Source of the DNA: an uncultured cyanobacterium
GTDB lineage: Bacteria > Cyanobacteriota > Cyanobacteriia > Cyanobacteriales > Nostocaceae
Assembly: GCA_963706595.1 (NCBI GenBank)
Contig: OY970166.1
Coordinates: forward strand, 1,632,001-1,696,000
Reading direction: 5' to 3'
Length of the DNA: 64,000 nt
Shown piece by piece: positions 10,501 through 19,607 of this stretch. Under the pieces are notes generated by a model. The model did no database searches, was not told the origin of the DNA, and saw only the letters and a program-made list of their open reading frames with translations. How positions within the stretch are numbered: the first letter of the stretch is position 1; every line of letters starts with the position of its first letter. Both the position numbers and the translations under genes were made by a program.

Positions 10501-12318
10501 AACTGAATGTCTCCGGAAATCAGGAGAAATATAGCCAATGCGTAAGCGACGTTGTGGATTTCTATCATTTCTGTGAGTAATGAGAGTTGGTAGCCATTGA
10601 TTAACTACTTGCTGCTGATACCACAATTTAGCAGAGTCTAAAATCTGTTGAGGAGTAAAACTAATCAACGAACTTAAATTAAACAGAAAACAACAATGTA
10701 GTTTAGGATTATTGGGATTAATTTTTAACGCTTCATTTAACAGACTTATGCACTCTGACAACTTACCTTGTTCCCCGGAAAGAAATCCTAAAAGTTCGTA
10801 GGTTTCGCCATGATTAGGGTCTAATTGCAGGACTTGTTGGAAACATTCGAGAGCTAAATCAATCTGGGCATTTCTGTAGTAAGCATAGCCTAAGTTGTTT
10901 AGAGAATCAATGTGATTTGGATTAATCTTTACAGCCTGACGGTAAGAAGAAATAGCTGCGGGATAATCTTTTTGATTTTGGAAAATCACACCTAAATTAT
11001 AATGTGCTAACACACAATCTGGGTCAAGCTCTATCACAGATTTAAAATAACTTTTCGCTTGTTCCCATTGACTCTGACGCACCAACATTACCCCAGTATC
11101 ATTAATTTTTTCCGTGAGACTAGGTAATAATTCTAGGTCTGTTTGTGTTAACAGATTTTCAATATAATCCCCACCTTCCCCTTGTTGCCAAAGTAAAGCT
11201 AAATTGAACTTTGCACCCTGATAATCTGGATCTATTTTCAATACTTCAGAAAACTGCTCTATTGCCTTTGCAAACTGCTTTTGCCGCTTCAAAATTAATC
11301 CTAAACGATAGTGAGCCTTAGAATAATTGGGTTTGATGCTAATAGCATGAGTATAATTATCAATAGCCTTGTCCCACTCATCTTGTTGTTCATAGACAAA
11401 GCCCAAATTATAGTGAGATTTTGCTAACTGGGGTTGGATACTCAGAGCGCGTAAATACCATTTTGCGGCTAGGGTTAAATCATTTTGTAAAGTCAGGGCT
11501 GTTCCTAGCAAATGGCATACTTCCGCCGCTTCCGTTAACCGCCCCATTGCAGTTAAATGAGAAACAAGATATTGATCAATAGATTCATAAAACTGCACCC
11601 GCATTTCTGCCTTAAAATTGCGAGTTTGAGCGAGAAGTTGGTCAATTTGTCTTAGTAGAGCTTCTAATTGAATTGATGCTAAATGTTGCTCTAGTCTTTG
11701 AGCTAAACTCAAATTGTCTTCATGAGCAAATTGCTGTAGTAATGGTTGAAGTAAAGTTTCAATAATTAAGCATTGTTGAGGATTCAGAACCTCTTGCCAT
11801 TGCTCTGGTATCTCTGACTCTAATGGATAATTCTTTAATAACAGTGAAATATCAGTTTCAGTCAGGGCAATTTCTAAATATTTGGCTAATTGCTCAATTT
11901 CTAAATGTTCTTTTAAAATTAAGTTTTTTTTAGAGATTAATAAAGTTTTACTTAAATCAGGAAACCTCTTTTCTTGGTATAATTGCCAAAGTTCCAGAAA
12001 AGTAGATTCAAAAGTTGCCTTTTCTTTTGGGCAAGTAATGACAGCAGCCAGAATTTCACGGGGGTCTTGATGCAGATAAATACTCTTAGCTTGGCCTTGC
12101 TGAATTTTTTCTAACGCTAATTCTGAAGGAATTTGATATTGAATCAGCGTTAGTAGTGTGGGTTCTCCGATTATTTTAAAATAAGCGTCAATCTCAGCCG
12201 CCGCTTTACAAGCAGTGCCTTGAATATTTATTTTACCAGTTTGAGTCAGTAGAGCTTGACAAAGATTGTGACACAAACTTCTTAAATCCTGAGTTATTCC
12301 ACCACAAAAAATAATCAT
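7597..12318 (-). CDS. Multidomain TPR / GT41 (SPINDLY-like O-GlcNAc transferase) / FkbM-family methyltransferase
   Basis: ~9 TPRs; RLRIGYISPDFRRHSV, DLAGHT, APIQVTYLGY, FNNLRK, TTTCEALWMGVP (GT41); second TPR block; LDIGANHG, YEP, IDFIKLDAEGEE (FkbM). Confidence 0.9.
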   Translation of the reverse strand: MIIFCGGITQDLRSLCHNLCQALLTQTGKINIQGTACKAAAEIDAYFKIIGEPTLLTLIQYQIPSELALEKIQQGQAKSIYLHQDPREILAAVITCPKEKATFESTFLELWQLYQEKRFPDLSKTLLISKKNLILKEHLEIEQLAKYLEIALTETDISLLLKNYPLESEIPEQWQEVLNPQQCLIIETLLQPLLQQFAHEDNLSLAQRLEQHLASIQLEALLRQIDQLLAQTRNFKAEMRVQFYESIDQYLVSHLTAMGRLTEAAEVCHLLGTALTLQNDLTLAAKWYLRALSIQPQLAKSHYNLGFVYEQQDEWDKAIDNYTHAISIKPNYSKAHYRLGLILKRQKQFAKAIEQFSEVLKIDPDYQGAKFNLALLWQQGEGGDYIENLLTQTDLELLPSLTEKINDTGVMLVRQSQWEQAKSYFKSVIELDPDCVLAHYNLGVIFQNQKDYPAAISSYRQAVKINPNHIDSLNNLGYAYYRNAQIDLALECFQQVLQLDPNHGETYELLGFLSGEQGKLSECISLLNEALKINPNNPKLHCCFLFNLSSLISFTPQQILDSAKLWYQQQVVNQWLPTLITHRNDRNPQRRLRIGYISPDFRRHSVSGFIKPVFQHHDRTQVEVFCYGEVNTPDEITDEIIDICDAWRSTVGLSDLEVAELIQADRIDVLVDLAGHTANNRMIVLGMKPAPIQVTYLGYFATTGLSTIDYWITDEVLHPDDTLEKTSESIWRLPRCYVGYETLKAAPNITELPCKKTGIFTFASFNNLRKLTPETFALWVEILKAVPHSRLVLKCASSDIFSPLIAERIQTPFVEQGIDPKRIFLYGGYASDKDHLNLYNQVDLHLDSIPYTGCTTTCEALWMGVPTLTLAGTRKMERMSASILHSVGLDDCITHSAADYVQKAIELAQNRDYLASLRSTMRERLLDSPLLDVKNMASTLEAAYRQMWQVYLAKETAESNSEKTHINVALPVDLDADNAINYYQQYLENHPNDAQAYYYLGQMYQKLDDVENAISSYLQSLAINRCAAATYQALGKLLEEQELIDQAEKYYRCALLVEPDNSEIRENLKVFLQQYCSKPANKVTPIFQKNGNNSEEIKYFKFIDADHLEPDECLVEIEGEVKVCVKNDINSLTGYVLLEQGDWFEPEMEFVRKLITPGMQILDIGANHGVYTLTMAKLLQGQGKITAYEPASSVFYLLRKGVEANNFNNVELVNAGLSDCEGEASLFLSSNSELNSLKQDGLSQEKETIKLLNLDRELEQHNWQQIDFIKLDAEGEEAKILAGGKNFFSEQSPLIMFELKHGKHINMRLIQLFQDLNYEIYYLVSGIGCLVPFDVNQPVDGYQLNLFACKVERSQQLAERGLLVQKITDKPLLPNSSYWLEAIATLNYAIPFLNQWQEYTTVSNADTKIYLEGLNYFFLAKSASLSPAQQLATLKHSFECIQQAVQAKASLFRYCSLARVAAELGQRKVSVEILEQLLANINSGRLIKVDEPFVPVSQQYDHQAFNDNLQDWLLVSIIETFDNRRVFSSYFSVKQTVSLLNQIIEKPFHSHQSEGRLLLAKKRLDGELYKVTA

Positions 12319-12703
12319 AAAAGCCTTCCACTGATAATAAGTTCACTAAAAATGATCAATCCAGCCAAATATCCAGTTAGAGGATGTTTTAAAAGTTTTG
12401 GGCGAATATAATATGGCTACGCCACGCCAAGGGCGAACGCTACTACACAAGCAAAGTCCAGCGACCTGGACTAATGAAGAATTAAGGTTTTTAACCCGCG
12501 TAGGCGGGTTTTGTCTGTATAGCTGCGACTTCTAGTCGCCGAGGCTCGTAATAAATTAGACTTTACAAACATCCTCTTAGGGACTTCCAAATAAAAAAAA
12601 CTCCACAACCTAACCCAAAAACCTCTCAAACTCTCATGACTCTGTGTCCTCTGTGCCTCCGTGGTTAGTTTATTTGGATCATTTATTTCTGGAAAGTCCC
12701 TTA

Positions 12704-12810
12704 TACAGCAGGTTGCAGGTATATGAAGTACAAAAGCAATAGTGAAAATATTGTGGGGGAGGGCAAAGATGCCCGCCCTTGTGTACCTCACAAAAATGAA
12801 ATGTGCTGTA
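12704..12810. mobile_element. 107-bp MITE, copy 1
   Basis: Near-identical to 49196-49302; termini TACAGCA...TGCTGTA. Confidence 0.75.
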
Positions 12811-12878
12811 TGATCTCTAGTTAATTACTTATATCACAAGTAACCCAGGAGCAAATTACCATATAACTGAGTCCATAG

Positions 12879-13331
12879 CTAATCTAAAGCAGAAGAACCG
12901 CCACTTTGCCATGATTTAACAATGCCAATAATATCACCAAAGCGATTCTGATGCATAGCAGTATTAATGGCGCGAGCAATAGCAGATTGAATGGTTTGAT
13001 CTGTATGATTTACAGTCCCAGCATACATATTTCCCCTGATAATTACCACCTGACTAGAATCATGTCCGACAGCAGCATAGGTAACTCCCAGGGTCAGTTG
13101 ACCACTAGGGCTGACAGAACTTTGTGGAAATACGATTTCAGAGGCAAAACTGCTAGTTGTACCATTGGATAAAATGCTAGTAACTGCCGCCGAGGTTCTA
13201 GACTGGGAATCTGTACCAATAAACTGAGCCTGAGCAGGTTTTCCCGCTATAAATGAGCTGACAATAGCTCCCCCTAGCAAGAGAAACGCAATCACAGATT
13301 TGCTTGGTGTGTAGCTACAGTTGGTATTCAT
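12879..13331 (-). CDS. Secreted Ser/Thr-rich protein, paralog of 13567-14019
   Basis: Signal peptide ending PAQA|QFIG; ends RFGDIIGIVKSWQSGGSSALD. Confidence 0.85.
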   Translation of the reverse strand: MNTNCSYTPSKSVIAFLLLGGAIVSSFIAGKPAQAQFIGTDSQSRTSAAVTSILSNGTTSSFASEIVFPQSSVSPSGQLTLGVTYAAVGHDSSQVVIIRGNMYAGTVNHTDQTIQSAIARAINTAMHQNRFGDIIGIVKSWQSGGSSALD

Positions 13332-13432
13332 GATTGGGAAGTTCTAGTTGTTCACTATCCCAAGATTCACAACTTCAACTTTCACATCAGAATAAAAAAA
13401 GATGACATTGAGTCAAATTAAGAATAAAATAA

Positions 13433-13465
13433 CCTCATCCCCTGGTTGAACTCACGGGGATGAAG
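13433..13465 (-). terminator. Probable intrinsic terminator after the first paralog
   Basis: Minus-strand CTTCATCCCC-loop-GGGGATGAGG followed by TTATTTT. Confidence 0.55.
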
Positions 13466-13566
13466 TATGTGGGATAGGTCTTTGACTTTCTGTCCTATCT
13501 ACCATGAAGTTCGTTGATGATTCCTGCTATGTTCTCTTATGAGTAGGAATTATCGACTTTCTCTGA

Positions 13567-14019
13567 CTAATCCAAGGCAGAAGAACCGCCACTTTGCCAT
13601 GATTTAACAATGCCGATAACGTCACCAAATCTTGATGAAGTCGCAGCAAGATCAATAGAACGAGCAGTAGCAGCTTCTACTGTGCTAGCACTATAAATTG
13701 CAGTAGCAGCACTCATACTTGCGTTCACAATCGCGATTTGACTAACGTCAGTACCAATTGTAGCATATGTAAGATCAAGCTCTAAAGCACCAGTCGAAGC
13801 AATACTTGATTCTGGAAATACAATTTCAGCCGCAAAGCTGTTAGTATTGTCATTCGATAAAATACTAGTCACAGCCGCAGATACTCTTGATTGAGACTCA
13901 GCACCGATGAACTGAGCTTTAGCTGGTTCAGCAGAAATGAATGATGCTGCAACTGCGCTACCTGCTAAAAGGGAGGAAATAGCAGCAGCTTTTAATGTCT
14001 TGTTAGATTTTACGCTCAT
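13567..14019 (-). CDS. Secreted Ala/Ser/Thr-rich protein, probable major surface subunit
   Basis: Signal peptide ending PAKA|QFIG; SD-like AGGTGA upstream; ends RFGDVIGIVKSWQSGGSSALD. Confidence 0.88.
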   Translation of the reverse strand: MSVKSNKTLKAAAISSLLAGSAVAASFISAEPAKAQFIGAESQSRVSAAVTSILSNDNTNSFAAEIVFPESSIASTGALELDLTYATIGTDVSQIAIVNASMSAATAIYSASTVEAATARSIDLAATSSRFGDVIGIVKSWQSGGSSALD

Positions 14020-14268
14020 GGTTATATCACCTGATTTTGTTTACTAAAATCTACTCGCTACAAAAAATAGCCATCTTCTGTATTCAAGAAAAACCTTAAT
14101 TTTCAGCTTTTCAACCTTCAGATAGAGATTCAATTTCTGAGCATAAAGGAAGCATTTTTTAGTTCAGACATCCTCAGAAAAATAATCAAGGAAAAATTTA
14201 ATTTTTCCTGAAACCTGAAAGTAGAGATTACACAGATTGCGTGTCTAGGTTCTAGCAACGAGTAAGAA

Positions 14269-14308
14269 TATGCTTCATAGCTTAAGCGAAGCATAATCAG
14301 TTTGTCAA
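14269..14308 (-). promoter_or_regulatory. sigma70-type promoter TTGACA-18-TAAGCT with overlapping inverted repeat TATGCTTC-N11-GAAGCATA
   Basis: -35 at 14303-14308 and -10 at 14279-14284 on the minus strand; inverted repeat arms at 14269-14276 and 14288-14295. Confidence 0.5.
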
Positions 14309-15023
14309 GAAGAAAAATGTTTTATTATTAACTAAATTTTGTGAAGCTTTTACATAAAATTACTTAGGTAAAATTTCTGTAATTTTATGATTAAAAATAT
14401 TTATTTACCAAGTAATATTGCTTGAATTGCAGGCTGAAAGTAAATCTTTGCTTCAATTTGACTCTTAATATCAAGTTAGTATAATTAGCTATGTTTGCCT
14501 CTAGCAGCCCTAGTCATACCCTCCCCTGACTAATTAATTATTCACAAATACATTGTAAAACCTATACAGAGTAACGATTTAAGGGTTTCAATTTTTATTA
14601 CATGGTGAGATGTATTCGTGCCTACCGATTGAGAAAGGAATTATCTTCAATTTTATACAAGAAATATTTAGCCTCAAAAATACTCATCAGTGCAGTTACA
14701 CAAGTACAAATATACTTATTACATAATATTACTTGTTCAAGACCAACGAAATCAAATTATTAATTAAGTGACTTTACATAATTTATGTCCCAATAAAAAT
14801 ATATTAGAAATCAAAAATATTTGCTATCTTAAGACATAAAGTTTTTAGATATAAGCATTTGAGTGAGGTGCAACGCCCTTGCTATATGCTATGTAACTTT
14901 TTTTAACGAATTAGGTCAAAATTATCGGAACCTATCTCGGATGAAGGTGATATTTTGCCAGTTCTTTAGCTCATAAATATCTTTTTCGTTGTAATTGTTA
15001 CAAAGAATTTATATAAGAATATT

Positions 15024-18000
15024 ATGGATACACAACGTCTTTTCTGGTTTGCTGGGATTTTATTGAGTCTATTGGCCTCAGAATCCTTATCGGCACAAGC
15101 TTTGACAACAGGGAAAAAAAAAGTAGAGACTCTGAACAGTATCAATATAATCAGTCAGGATAATGAAACTAAAAAACAGTCAGAATTAACAAAAAAAGCG
15201 TTTGGGGAAAAACACATCACTCCTTCTAATCCAGAAATAATAACTTTTATTGGTTTTTCCCCAAAACAAACATCGTTTAATGCAGAAATCAATCGCAGTC
15301 AAGATTCTGCATATAAGTTACTAGAAAAATTGCTACATAAAAACTCTAGTTGTCAGAAACATTCTCAGAAGAATTCACCACCAATACCCGTCACGAAGGA
15401 AGATAACACCGATACTCAGCAATACATTCAGCCAGAACTCTCTGATTGTGAAGAGGATAGTATTTCCTTTCGGCTATCTAACTCTAATAATAGTCAGATT
15501 TTGAATGAGGATTCAAAGCTTAAGTTAAATCTCAAAGATTCCGCCAATTTACAGGTTGAAAAGTTAGATTCTGAACCCACCTTTTCGCCTCAGTTATTGA
15601 TTGCACAAGAAACAAATAATCAAAGCCAAGTACCGTTGATTCCCCTTCAACCAAATCTACCTATAGTTCCCGATGAATTACCTTCTTTACCCATTCCAGA
15701 AGATATACCAGAAGATAAACCCGCATTAACACCTGAAGATACACCAGAGGATAAACCAGTATTAACACCTGAAGAAAATCAAAAACTGCTGAGGACTTTA
15801 ATCCGTAGCTTGTTAGAAAACAGCGCCTCCAGATATCCATTCCTGGTAAACACCAGCGATAAGCTTATTATTAACCCTCGTAATTTTCGACCTTTGAAAT
15901 TTGATTTTTATTCAAATTTTAATTTTGATTTGGATAAGTTTGAGCCTAGTGGTCCCTCTCAACCAGAACAATTTAGTGATCCTCTAATTAAATCAGCTAA
16001 TATTTCTTTTTATCCTGATGATAATCAGTTCTATTGGGTTTTAGATGGGAATCGAGTGGTGATTTCGACTGAAGGAAAACATTTTAACCTTGGTTATCAG
16101 GGAAGGAGTACTCAAGAAAATAGTAGACAAGTTGCTAAAGTCTCTACAGTTTTTTGGGGCGTGCAAACAGTATTTGGTATTCCTAATATCTTTGGAGATT
16201 TAGTTGGTGATAAGAAGTTAGAGGATTTAAATATTATTAGCGGTGCTGCGGAAATAGTATTACCTCCGGGAGCTACTTTAGCTGATAATGCCAGCTTTAC
16301 TATTAATGTAACTCAACAAGATGGAAGTTTTTTTAAAAACTTTATTCCTCTAGATGACACACGCAAAGCCACTACAGGTACACTTTTGGGAGGAGGTTCT
16401 TTCTTTGATAATTTAGATGCTACGAATGCGCCTAAATTTTTACAAGGGTTTCCTACTATCAATTTACAACCTTTGTTAAATAATGGTGTGAAGCTAGAAA
16501 TTGGCACTATTATTCCCCCTGAAAATCTTACTGCTGCTGGACTGACATTCGGTGATTTTTTCACTAAGGAAGGATTTCAATTTAATTCTCCAATTAGTTC
16601 TTTACCTGGGATAAAGAATTTACGTATTAATCAAACTGATAATGATGATATTGTAGCGATTCTCAGCAATCCTTTTTTAACTAAGGAAGAAAGAGATTTT
16701 CATTATCTCAATTCTTTGCAGTGGTATAACTTTGGTCAACAAAGTCCTGACGTTACTAGTTCGCCTACATCAGATATTAATAATCAAGATTGGCAGAGAT
16801 ATACTGTCAGTTGGTCAAAGAACCGGACTTTATTGGAATATGATCCAGAAAATATTAAACTTAGTTATTTAAATGTTTTTTCTAATCCTGGTTTATCTAT
16901 AACTACAACCCAATGGAAAAATACTGATTTTAATCAAACTATAAATGCTAGTTTAGGTTTAATGATGGGTAGCGTCTTTAATTTAATTAATCCGGGGAAT
17001 TTAAATGAAACTATTGGTGAGGCTAAGGAAAAGTATAAAAATTTGCAACCGTTAGCTACTTTGAATACTAAAGCTACATCTCAACAACGAAGACAAATGA
17101 ATGAACGGTTAAATAGCACGCTGAATTATGGTAATAGCAATAGTAAACTTGCTCAAGTTTCAGGAAGTTATACTTTTGCGGGAAATGTGACTCCAGAGAG
17201 TTCATTGTTATTACAAATGAGAACTGGTATTTACCAAAGAAGTGTGCAATTTATTCAGCAAGATATACAAGACTGGACTCCTGAAACTCCTGTGTTTATA
17301 GATTTTGCTCGTCCCAGTGATTTGGGTCCGATATTTTTTACTGGTGTTAATATTCCTACTAATGGAACTCAAATTAATGCCCCTCAAACGTTTGAAGTTA
17401 GTTTTCTTCGGGCTGAAACTTCAGATGGAGAAGTTTTAATTGATCAATCTTATGTTTTTGACAATAATTTGGCTAGTCTATTTACAGCAGTGCCAATTTT
17501 GGGGGCGGGTAAAACCTATGATATAGATTTTGGACGGATAAAACTGAGCAAGTTTCGACAAAGAGATATTTCAACATCTTCTTATGTCGGACATCTCTAT
17601 TTACCATCGATTGAATTTGTGATGACAGGAAGTGTTAACAATCTTAGTTATGCTTTATCTACGGGAATGTGGTTTAATTTCTCTCCAGATTCTGCACCTC
17701 TTGTTAATAATAATTTGGGTAATTTGAATGCTAATGCTACTACAGAAAGTTTTATGGGAGGAATGTTGAAGTTTTCGGCTAAAGCAGATTTTAATAATAT
17801 ATTTTATGATAATAATAAACAGTGGAATACTATTATATCTAATGCACCTTTTGTTTCGCTAGATTATAATACTAATCCTAATCGTCTTAATCTTTCAAAT
17901 ATTTCTATTGGTAATGTGTTTCAGTTTGTCAAACCAGATTTTAATATAGTTTTTTATCCGATTCTAACTTATTATCCTAAATTACTCAATTCTGGTGTTG

Positions 18001-18344
18001 ATTCTAACAGTGTGGGTGACATTAATGCTTTTTTTCTCCTGAGTTTTTCCCATAAAGTGGGGTTAAACTTTAATGGTTCTTTATCTCTGGGTAATCAAGC
18101 TTTCTACAAGTTTGAAACTACTTATGATGTGATTAAGAATAAAAATTTTGGGACTTTAAAAGTTGGTCCTTACTATTCTAATCATTCTTCGGCTACTAGA
18201 GGGTTTGAAAGCCAATTTGAAGATCCTAATTATGGAATGGTATTTGGCTATGAAAGTGCTAATTCTGGTTTGTTGTTAAATTCTCGTTTAGGAACTAGCA
18301 ATTATGGTCTTAGAGGAGAAGTGAACTTGGAGTTTAAATTTTAG
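15024..18344 (+). CDS. Large secreted protein, probable outer-membrane beta-barrel
   Basis: Signal peptide (SAQA), Pro/Glu-rich linker with PEDKP repeats, amphipathic strands in the C-terminal third, terminal GEVNLEFKF beta-signal. Confidence 0.7.
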   Translation: MDTQRLFWFAGILLSLLASESLSAQALTTGKKKVETLNSINIISQDNETKKQSELTKKAFGEKHITPSNPEIITFIGFSPKQTSFNAEINRSQDSAYKLLEKLLHKNSSCQKHSQKNSPPIPVTKEDNTDTQQYIQPELSDCEEDSISFRLSNSNNSQILNEDSKLKLNLKDSANLQVEKLDSEPTFSPQLLIAQETNNQSQVPLIPLQPNLPIVPDELPSLPIPEDIPEDKPALTPEDTPEDKPVLTPEENQKLLRTLIRSLLENSASRYPFLVNTSDKLIINPRNFRPLKFDFYSNFNFDLDKFEPSGPSQPEQFSDPLIKSANISFYPDDNQFYWVLDGNRVVISTEGKHFNLGYQGRSTQENSRQVAKVSTVFWGVQTVFGIPNIFGDLVGDKKLEDLNIISGAAEIVLPPGATLADNASFTINVTQQDGSFFKNFIPLDDTRKATTGTLLGGGSFFDNLDATNAPKFLQGFPTINLQPLLNNGVKLEIGTIIPPENLTAAGLTFGDFFTKEGFQFNSPISSLPGIKNLRINQTDNDDIVAILSNPFLTKEERDFHYLNSLQWYNFGQQSPDVTSSPTSDINNQDWQRYTVSWSKNRTLLEYDPENIKLSYLNVFSNPGLSITTTQWKNTDFNQTINASLGLMMGSVFNLINPGNLNETIGEAKEKYKNLQPLATLNTKATSQQRRQMNERLNSTLNYGNSNSKLAQVSGSYTFAGNVTPESSLLLQMRTGIYQRSVQFIQQDIQDWTPETPVFIDFARPSDLGPIFFTGVNIPTNGTQINAPQTFEVSFLRAETSDGEVLIDQSYVFDNNLASLFTAVPILGAGKTYDIDFGRIKLSKFRQRDISTSSYVGHLYLPSIEFVMTGSVNNLSYALSTGMWFNFSPDSAPLVNNNLGNLNANATTESFMGGMLKFSAKADFNNIFYDNNKQWNTIISNAPFVSLDYNTNPNRLNLSNISIGNVFQFVKPDFNIVFYPILTYYPKLLNSGVDSNSVGDINAFFLLSFSHKVGLNFNGSLSLGNQAFYKFETTYDVIKNKNFGTLKVGPYYSNHSSATRGFESQFEDPNYGMVFGYESANSGLLLNSRLGTSNYGLRGEVNLEFKF

Positions 18345-18410
18345 GATGTCTCTGATTTATCTGTGTTAAATGGCGGAGGTTTTCTGGCTGATTTGAGTTA
18401 TGGCTGGGCA

Positions 18411-18482
18411 GTGGGTTAAAACTCTTTTGGTCTCTAAGTTTGATTATCCGTTTATGTCTTAACCTCCTTGGCGGTTGCTATA
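18411..18482. repeat. ~70-bp dispersed repeat
   Basis: AGTGGGTTAAAA...AAGTTTGATTATCC.TTTATGTCTTAACCTCCTTGGCGGTTGCTATA also at ~34423-34494, partial at ~20076-20121. Confidence 0.75.
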
Positions 18483-18492
18483 ACTCAAAGAT

Positions 18493-19050
18493 TCAGTCTA
18501 AAGCTGGGATGGGAAATGAAAGTGTAGTATTGGTGATCAAGGAACCGGCGGTGGTGACATTAAAATTTACATCCGCAGGTGCAACAATCTGATTAGAAGG
18601 TATAACAACATTAATATTAGCGCTGCTAACTGTAGTGGAAATATCAATATTCACACTTCCTGTCCCTGTTTTTATTTCAGGTTCATTAGTTCCTCGTTTG
18701 ATAGCAGATACAAAGCTAGGGCGTGTCGGACTTGTTCCTTGAATTTTAAATTCAGTTGGTGGCTGATTATTTGGGATATTTATTACTGATGGAGTTGGTA
18801 TTTGAACAGTTGTAATGGGAACGCTGATGGTGGAAATATTTTGTGTGGGGATTCTTGGTATTGTAACGGTTGGTATGGGAACGCTGATGGTGGGTTGTAC
18901 GATGGAAATTTTGGGTATTGTTATGGTGGGAATCTTCGGTCTGGGTATGGATTGGGCTTGAGCAGTTTCAGATATGAAAGCGGATAGAAGGAGTGTTAAG
19001 AGTAAGCTTTTAATTTCCATATTTGGTAGAGGTTTGATTGTGGGTGTCAT
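18493..19050 (-). CDS. Secreted Pro/Thr/Ile-rich protein ending in -ALD
   Basis: Signal peptide TAQA|QS; IPTITIP/IPTVTIP/TISVPI repeats; ends PIPALD. Confidence 0.75.
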   Translation of the reverse strand: MTPTIKPLPNMEIKSLLLTLLLSAFISETAQAQSIPRPKIPTITIPKISIVQPTISVPIPTVTIPRIPTQNISTISVPITTVQIPTPSVINIPNNQPPTEFKIQGTSPTRPSFVSAIKRGTNEPEIKTGTGSVNIDISTTVSSANINVVIPSNQIVAPADVNFNVTTAGSLITNTTLSFPIPALD

Positions 19051-19382
19051 GGAATTTACTCCGATGAGGTTTTTTGGAATAGCTCCTCGTATTTTTACGG
19101 TGATTATTCCAGAAAAGGTTTAATATATGCATGAGTATTTGCTGAGATTTTAGCAGAATAATTCTGAGAAGACAAGTATAAAAATGAAAATCAGCAGTGT
19201 GTAAAAAATGCTTAGTCTGTAGTTATTTGGGATATGCTGTGCTAACAGACTTGCTCTGATCACAATACTATCTGAAAAAATGTGGTTTTAACTACGCTAT
19301 TCAATTGAATGAGTAAGATAAACTTGCTCTATGCCTGTCATCAAAATACTGACCTTCATTTAGTAATAAAACAGGAGAAGCA

Positions 19383-19607
19383 ATGAGCCAAGAGATCGCC
19401 AAAGTAATATTATGGGAAGAAAAACAAAAAAACTATCTAAAAAAGTTCTATGACCTACAATTTACTCCCAGAATAGGTGAGGAAGTTTACCTCAACAAGG
19501 AAAATTGGAAAGTTACCAGAATTGAGCATGATTTAGAAGTTAGCGAGGTTAATATCTATATGGAATTAATCAAAAAAGCGAAGCCGGAGAAATCGTCTCA
19601 TTCATAA
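19383..19607 (+). CDS. Small hypothetical protein
   Basis: Good SD (AGGAG), 74 aa, PRIGEEV motif. Confidence 0.65.
   Translation: MSQEIAKVILWEEKQKNYLKKFYDLQFTPRIGEEVYLNKENWKVTRIEHDLEVSEVNIYMELIKKAKPEKSSHS

Noticed and set aside
12471..12791. 106-aa ORF
   Set aside because: Runs across stacked MITE/REP sequences; no protein-like features
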